DNA of 12,399 nucleotides from assembly GCA_963805625.1 (NCBI GenBank), contig CAWDVE010000008.1, positions 1-12,399 of the forward strand, written 5' to 3'. The notes beneath the pieces were generated by a model that saw only the letters and a program-made list of their open reading frames with translations, was not told the DNA's origin and made no database searches. Of this stretch, positions 7,302 to 12,399 are shown piece after piece (within the stretch, counting starts at the first letter, position 1; each line of letters starts with the position of its first letter). The translations under genes and the position numbers were made by a program. This stretch comes from an uncultured Candidatus Rokubacteria bacterium. GTDB taxonomy: Bacteria; Methylomirabilota; Methylomirabilia; Rokubacteriales; DASRDR01.

Positions 7302-10257
7302 CCACCACCCCCGCGGGCAGCACGATCTCGACCCGCGTCCCCCGCCCCGGGGCCGAGGCCACGCGGATCTCGCCCCCGTGCAGGTCCACGATCTTCTTGA
7401 CGATGGCGAGGCCGAGACCGGTGCCGGTCGGCTTCGTCGTGAAGAACGGAAGGAACATGCGGCCTCGCTCCTCGGGCGTCATTCCCACCCCGTTGTCGGT
7501 GACCTCAAACGCGACCGTGCTGTCACGACCGTGGCACGTGACTTCCACGTGGCCGCCGGAGCGCCGCTCGACTGCCTCGACCGCGTTCTGCACGACGTTC
7601 ATCAACACCTGCCGGAGTCGGTGGCCATCGACCAGCGCGACGACGACACTCGGGAAGGCCTGACACGAGAGCGCGACCCCTCGGGTTCGCGCATCGGATC
7701 CCAGTTGCTGGACCACCTCGCGCATGATCCGCTCGACGTCGAATGCCTGCCGGTCGAGACGCGTCTCGCGTGTGTAATCCAGCAGGTGACTCACGATGGC
7801 CTCGATCTCCACCACTCCGGACCGCATGCTTTCGGTCATCTCCCGCGAGAGCGTGTCGCCGCTGTGCTTCGAGAGGATCGCCATGGCCATCTTGATCCCG
7901 CCGAGCGGGTTTCGGATCTCGTGCGCCACGCCGGCCGCCATCTGGCCGAGCGAGGCCAGGGTCTCTTGCTGGATGAGCCGCCGCTGCAGCTCGACCTGCT
8001 CGGTGAGGTCCCGTAGCACGCCGACCCTTCCCAGGACCTGCCCCCCGGGGTCGACGATGGGCGTCACGGCCAGATGTGCCGGCAGATCCCGCCCGGTCCG
8101 CGTCCGCGCCCGGACCTCCCCCTTCCACGCGTAGGCGCCGTTGAACGCTCCGCCCGCGTGGCCGCCGGACGCTCCCGCCCCGAGGAGCTCCCACCATGGC
8201 GCCCCGGCCAGCTCGGCCTGGGACGCCCCGAAGAGACGCTCCCCGGCCGGGTTCACCGTCACCAAGCGCCCGCGGGTATCCGTTATGACGATGCAATCGT
8301 CGACGCTCCGGACCACGCTCGCCAGCAGGCGCTCGTTGTGCCGAGCCTCCTCCTCCGTCGTCTGGAGAGAGTGCCGGAGCTCCTGGAACGACTCGACGAG
8401 GCGCTCGGCCTCGCCCTTCGAAAGCGTGAAGCGGTCCTCCACGATGAAGCGCGCCGCGGCGGCCCCGAGTGAGGCGGCCAACCGCTTCTCCAGCCGGATC
8501 CGGATCTCCAGGAGCTCGGGGGGCGTGAGCTCGTGAGGCGCCCTGGTGCCGAGGATCTCCCCGGTGATGACGGCCGCTTCCGGGCCGCCGACGTAGTGGT
8601 GGACGATGCGCTCGATCTCGCGGGGCGTGAGGATGGCTCCCACGGGCATGGTCGGAGCGCCCGGGAATCGCCCGGTGAAAGCCGCCGCCTGAACCCGCTC
8701 CTCCGCGCCCTGGCGAGTGCCCAGCGACACCAGGACGTAGCCGGCCAGGTTTGCGAAAAGGGACCAGAAGAGACCGTGGCTCAGGGAGTCGAGCCCCGCG
8801 AGACCGAGGAGCTCCGTCGGGCGGAGCCAGGCCTGCCCGAACGGGCCCATCTCCAGGATCGACGGGCCCATCACCCCTTCCTTCACCAGCACCGGCACGA
8901 TCAGCGTGTAGAACCACAGTCCGAATCCGGCCGAGATGCCGGCGAACGCCCCGCGCCGGTTTCCACGCGGCCACGCGAGCCCAAGCAGAATCGCGGGGGC
9001 GCACTGCGTCACCGCGACGAAGGACAGGAGGCCCATCTCCACCAGGAGGAAGCGCCCGGCCGCCAGCGACGCCCAGCCGTATCCGAGGAACACCACCAGG
9101 AGGATGCACAGCCGCATCGAGCGGAGGCTGGCGCGGTAAATGTCCCGGCTCCGGTTGCGGAGCAGGATCGGCACGACGATGTCGTTCGTCAGCATCTTCG
9201 ACAGCGCTAGCGAGTCGACGACGATCATGGCGGTCGCCGCCGAGAAGCCGCCGAGGAACACGAGAATCGACAGCGCCTGGTTCCCCACCGACAGGGGCAG
9301 AAGCAGCACGAACTGGTCCGCCTGCGTCTGCGGCAGCATCAAGAGCCCAGCGATGGCGATCGGCAGGACGAACAGGTTGATGAGAAAGAGGTAGAGCGGG
9401 AACATCCACGACGCGGCCGCCACGTGCCGCTCGTCCTGGTTCTGCACCACGAGGACGTGGAACTGCCGGGGAAGGAACATGACGGCCATCATCGAGACGA
9501 CCAGCATCGCCCCCCAGCGCGAGAAGGACGCGGCCGGGGACTCCCCGAGAGTGACCAGCCGGCTCAGCTCCGGGTCCGCGAGCAATCGCCCGAACAGATC
9601 GCCGAACCCGCCGAACAGGACCCAGGTCACGTAGGCGCCGGCGGTGAGGAATGCCAGCAGCTTGACCACCGATTCGACCGCGACCGCCGTCAACAGGCCC
9701 CGCTGCACCTGCGTGAAGTCGAGGTTTCGCGCGCCGAAGAGGATCCCGAAGAGCCCGAGCACGACCGCCACCAGGAGGGTGGGATCGAACCGGTCGAGGA
9801 TCGCCTCCTGCCGGAGGATCACCTTGAACGACTGGGATACCGCCTGGAGCTGAAGCGCGATGTACGGGATCAGACCAACCACAACCAGGCCGGCCACCAG
9901 CGCGCCGAGCGGCGCCGACTTGCCGTACCGGCTCGAGATGAAGTCCGAGATGGACGTGATCCGCTGCTCCTTGGCGACTCGCACCAGCCGGCGCAGGAGC
10001 ACCGGCCAGAGCAGGGCGACGAGAGCCGGACCGAGGTAGATCGTCAGGAATTCCAGCCCCCGGTTCGCCGCCAGCCCCACGCTGCCGTAGAAGGTCCACG
10101 CCGTGCAGTAGACCGACGCCGTCAGGACATAGGTGAGCATCTGGAGACGCGGCCGCTCCAGCCGGCGCGTGCGCTCCGCCCAGTAGGCGACTCCGAACAG
10201 GAAGAGGAGGTAGCCGACCACGATCGAGAGGAGGGGGCCGTAGTCGAGCCAACTCAT
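7270..10257 (-). CDS. SLC5-STAC-PAS-HisKA-HATPase sensor histidine kinase (CbrA/CrbS family, non-hybrid), ~995 aa
   Basis: N-terminal SSS-like domain (YCTAWTFYGSVG, ITSISDFISSRYGKS, PYIALQL, LPRQFHV), STAC-like LEKRLAASLGAAAARFIV, and a PAS domain. Kinase motifs: H-box AHEIRNPL, N-box NVVQNAVEA, DNGVG, FFTTK, GTGLGL. ATG 10257 is preceded by GAGGGAG; the gene overlaps the regulator by 32 nt. Confidence 0.96.
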   Translation of the reverse strand: MSWLDYGPLLSIVVGYLLFLFGVAYWAERTRRLERPRLQMLTYVLTASVYCTAWTFYGSVGLAANRGLEFLTIYLGPALVALLWPVLLRRLVRVAKEQRITSISDFISSRYGKSAPLGALVAGLVVVGLIPYIALQLQAVSQSFKVILRQEAILDRFDPTLLVAVVLGLFGILFGARNLDFTQVQRGLLTAVAVESVVKLLAFLTAGAYVTWVLFGGFGDLFGRLLADPELSRLVTLGESPAASFSRWGAMLVVSMMAVMFLPRQFHVLVVQNQDERHVAAASWMFPLYLFLINLFVLPIAIAGLLMLPQTQADQFVLLLPLSVGNQALSILVFLGGFSAATAMIVVDSLALSKMLTNDIVVPILLRNRSRDIYRASLRSMRLCILLVVFLGYGWASLAAGRFLLVEMGLLSFVAVTQCAPAILLGLAWPRGNRRGAFAGISAGFGLWFYTLIVPVLVKEGVMGPSILEMGPFGQAWLRPTELLGLAGLDSLSHGLFWSLFANLAGYVLVSLGTRQGAEERVQAAAFTGRFPGAPTMPVGAILTPREIERIVHHYVGGPEAAVITGEILGTRAPHELTPPELLEIRIRLEKRLAASLGAAAARFIVEDRFTLSKGEAERLVESFQELRHSLQTTEEEARHNERLLASVVRSVDDCIVITDTRGRLVTVNPAGERLFGASQAELAGAPWWELLGAGASGGHAGGAFNGAYAWKGEVRARTRTGRDLPAHLAVTPIVDPGGQVLGRVGVLRDLTEQVELQRRLIQQETLASLGQMAAGVAHEIRNPLGGIKMAMAILSKHSGDTLSREMTESMRSGVVEIEAIVSHLLDYTRETRLDRQAFDVERIMREVVQQLGSDARTRGVALSCQAFPSVVVALVDGHRLRQVLMNVVQNAVEAVERRSGGHVEVTCHGRDSTVAFEVTDNGVGMTPEERGRMFLPFFTTKPTGTGLGLAIVKKIVDLHGGEIRVASAPGRGTRVEIVLPAGVVDEAASADRRG

Positions 10258-10270
10258 CGAGGCCGCTCCC

Positions 10271-10465
10271 TCACCAGCCCGAATCCCGCCCACCGGTGAG
10301 CCAGAAGAGGAGAGCGATGATTCCAGCCCACACCAGGAACAGGTACAGCACCAGGGAAGGGATGCCGAGGACCGCCACGGGCCGGTTCACCACGGTCAGG
10401 AAAGGCCACGACAGGAGAACGAGGCCGAGCGCGAAGAGCGCGACGAGCAGGTCCTTGCTCTTCAT
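10271..10465 (-). CDS. Small 2-TM membrane protein upstream of the SLC5 kinase (CbrX-positioned, DUF3311-like), 64 aa
   Basis: MKSKDLLVALFALGLVLLSWPFLTVVNRPVAVLGIPSLVLYLFLVWAGIIALLFWL; ATG 10465 with GGGGA upstream; ends 13 nt before the kinase start. Confidence 0.85.
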   Translation of the reverse strand: MKSKDLLVALFALGLVLLSWPFLTVVNRPVAVLGIPSLVLYLFLVWAGIIALLFWLTGGRDSGW

Positions 10466-10506
10466 CGAGCGTTCCCCGGACGCCGCCGGCACCCCAAAGT
10501 GGGGGG

Positions 10507-10512
10507 ATTATA
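10507..10512 (-). promoter_or_regulatory. Sigma-70-type -10 element TATAAT for the small protein/kinase/regulator operon
   Basis: Perfect TATAAT in GC-rich DNA about 40 nt upstream of ATG 10465; no convincing -35. Confidence 0.55.
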
Positions 10513-10565
10513 GGCCGGCTCCGGGGCGCATGACCAGCCGGTCGGTCCCCGAACCCACGGCCGAG

Positions 10566-10571
10566 TATACT
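10566..10571 (+). promoter_or_regulatory. -10 element TATACT for the otsA fusion, probably a leaderless mRNA
   Basis: TATACT is separated from ATG 10580 by 8 nt, with no Shine-Dalgarno sequence. Confidence 0.5.
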
Positions 10572-10579
10572 GACTGTAG

Positions 10580-12399
10580 ATGCGCCTGAATCTGCGCCTA
10601 CTGGCGGCAATTTGGCTCCCGATCATGATGGTTGTCGGGACGTTCGCGTACGTCTCGGTGGAACGGGAGCACGCGCGTCTGTCCACCGAGCTCGAGCGCC
10701 GTGCGTGGCTGCTCGGTGAGGGCCTCAAGGAGGCGGTGGAGCCCCTGCTCGACCGGGGGTCCCGGGCGCAGATCGAGCGCATCATTCAGCGCTTCGGGAC
10801 TCCCTCACGCGGGGTTGCGGTGTACGATCGCTCCGGGACGCTCATCGCCGCAACAGCGCAGTGGGCGCCCCTGCTCCAGGCACCCTTGCCGGCCGTCCCC
10901 CTGGCCCTGACCGACGTCGCCCCCAAGCAAGGGTTCCAGTCCTTCGGCGGGCGCGAGACCCACTATTACGCCGTCCCCCTCGTCACCGATCAGCGGGCTC
11001 GCGGCGTGCTCGTCATCCTCTCCGACGCCACCCACATCGATCGCGCGCGGTGGGAGCTGGCGGAGCAGTACCTGATAGCGTTCGTCGTGCTCGTGGTGGC
11101 GCTCAGTTTTGTCACGCTGTTAGTCGTGCGCAGAATCGTGACTCATCCGCTGAACCGGCTGGCGGAGTGGGCTCGCCAGCTCCGGGCCGGACAGCCCGGT
11201 CCGGCGCCACCCATGCCGGATGAGGCCCTCTTCGGTCCGATCGCCTCCGAGGTGAGAGATCTCGCCCGGAGCCTCGCCAAGGCGCGGATGGCGATCGCCG
11301 AGGAAGCCCGGCTCCGGCTCCGGGGAGAGGCGGTGTGGACGGAGGAGCGGCTCGCGCAGTTCGCCCGAGCCCGTCTCGGGAAGCGGCCCCTGGTCGTCGT
11401 CTCGAACCGAGAGCCGGTGAGCCATGTGCGGCGGGGCCGCGGCATCGTCACGCTCACGCCCGCCAGCGGCGTCGTCACGGCGATGGAGCCCGTGATGCGC
11501 GCCTGCGGCGGCGTCTGGGTTGCCCACGGCAGCGGTGACGCCGATCGCGAGGTCGTCGACGAGCGGGGCATGATTCGCCTCCCGCCGGACGCCCCCCGAT
11601 ACGCCCTCAAGCGTCTCTGGCTCTCCGAGGAAGAGGAGACCGGCTACTACTACGGCTTCGCCAACGAGGGCCTGTGGCCGCTCTGCCACATCGTCCACGC
11701 CCGGCCCATCTTCCGCCCCGAGGACTGGCGCCAGTACGCGGTCGTCAACGCGAAGTTCGCGGACGCGGTGCTCGAGGAGATCGCCGACACGGATGACCCG
11801 GCCGTCCTGATCCAGGATTACCACTTCGCCCTGCTGCCCCGCCTCATCAAGGAGAAGCGTCCCGACGCCCACGTCGCGCTCTTCTGGCACATTCCGTGGC
11901 CGAACCCGGAGGCGTTCGGAATCTGCCCCTGGCAAACCGAGATCATCGACGGGATGCTCGGTGCCGACCTGGTTGGCTTCCACACGCAGTTCCATTGCAA
12001 CAATTTCCTGGAAACGGTGGATCGCATCGTGGAGGCGCGGATCGACTGGGAGCGTTTCTCGGTGGCGCGGAACCAGCATGACACGCTGGTCAAGCCCTTC
12101 CCGATCAGCGTGGCCCCCCGGTTCGTCGACGAGCCCCCCGCTACGAACCGGGCCGCGCTCCTTCAGGAGCTGGGTATCGACGTGGAGTTCCTGGGTGTCG
12201 GCGTCGAGCGCATCGACTACACGAAGGGCCTCCCGGAGCGGTTCGCCGCAATCCGGCGCTTCTTCACCCAGCACCCGGAGTATCGAGGACGGCTGACGTT
12301 CGTCCAGCTCGCCGCGCCGAGCCGGAGCCGCATCACGCGGTACCGCGCGCTCGAGGAGGAGCTCGACCAGCTCACCGGCCAGATCAACGGGGAGCTCGC
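10580..12399 (+). CDS. otsA: Membrane-anchored trehalose-6-phosphate synthase (GT20) with N-terminal TM-sensor-TM-HAMP module; truncated by the window end (>606 aa)
   Basis: Translated by hand, open from ATG 10580 to the window end (MRLNLRLLAAIWLPIMMVVGTFAYVSV...). GT20 motifs: LVVVSNREP, GGVWVAHGSG, YYYGFANEGLWPLCH, IQDYHF, FWHIPWP, GADLVGFHT, FPISV, VERIDYTKG, QLAAPSR. Confidence 0.93.
   Translation, partial: MRLNLRLLAAIWLPIMMVVGTFAYVSVEREHARLSTELERRAWLLGEGLKEAVEPLLDRGSRAQIERIIQRFGTPSRGVAVYDRSGTLIAATAQWAPLLQAPLPAVPLALTDVAPKQGFQSFGGRETHYYAVPLVTDQRARGVLVILSDATHIDRARWELAEQYLIAFVVLVVALSFVTLLVVRRIVTHPLNRLAEWARQLRAGQPGPAPPMPDEALFGPIASEVRDLARSLAKARMAIAEEARLRLRGEAVWTEERLAQFARARLGKRPLVVVSNREPVSHVRRGRGIVTLTPASGVVTAMEPVMRACGGVWVAHGSGDADREVVDERGMIRLPPDAPRYALKRLWLSEEEETGYYYGFANEGLWPLCHIVHARPIFRPEDWRQYAVVNAKFADAVLEEIADTDDPAVLIQDYHFALLPRLIKEKRPDAHVALFWHIPWPNPEAFGICPWQTEIIDGMLGADLVGFHTQFHCNNFLETVDRIVEARIDWERFSVARNQHDTLVKPFPISVAPRFVDEPPATNRAALLQELGIDVEFLGVGVERIDYTKGLPERFAAIRRFFTQHPEYRGRLTFVQLAAPSRSRITRYRALEEELDQLTGQINGEL

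Noticed and set aside
7523-10252. 909-aa alternative-frame minus-strand ORF (also 3601..4713)
   Set aside because: Arg/Gly/Pro/Ala-rich off-frame translations lying within the kinase and symporter genes.
11120-12274. 384-aa minus-strand ORF
   Set aside because: Antisense to the otsA fusion, which carries clear GT20 motifs.
1-12399. CRISPR arrays, tRNA/rRNA, IS elements, integrases
   Set aside because: No regularly spaced repeats, structural RNA signatures or transposase/integrase motifs seen; the window is almost entirely coding.

Overview
High-GC bacterial window; a Rokubacteria/Methylomirabilota-like origin is only an impression from composition and protein style. A minus-strand block (10465->170) encodes, in transcription order: a CbrX-like small membrane protein, an SLC5-STAC-PAS-HisKA-HATPase transporter-sensor kinase (CbrA/CrbS family), a sigma-54 NtrC-type response regulator, a small hypothetical protein, a DUF4212 small subunit, an ActP-like sodium:solute symporter (VC_2705 type), two small membrane proteins, a CBS + DUF294 nucleotidyltransferase and a DEDDh 3'-5' exonuclease. 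Divergently, from 10580 and running off the right edge, is a gene absent from the ORF track: a receptor-like trehalose-6-phosphate synthase (TM-extracytoplasmic sensor-TM-HAMP-GT20/OtsA). The most notable items are this sensor-fused OtsA, a CbrXAB-style regulator placed on a CrbS-type target cluster, the translationally coupled NTase/exonuclease pair (possible writer/eraser), and a perfect 18-bp palindrome that may be the regulator's enhancer. All calls come from reading motifs by eye; no database searches were run.
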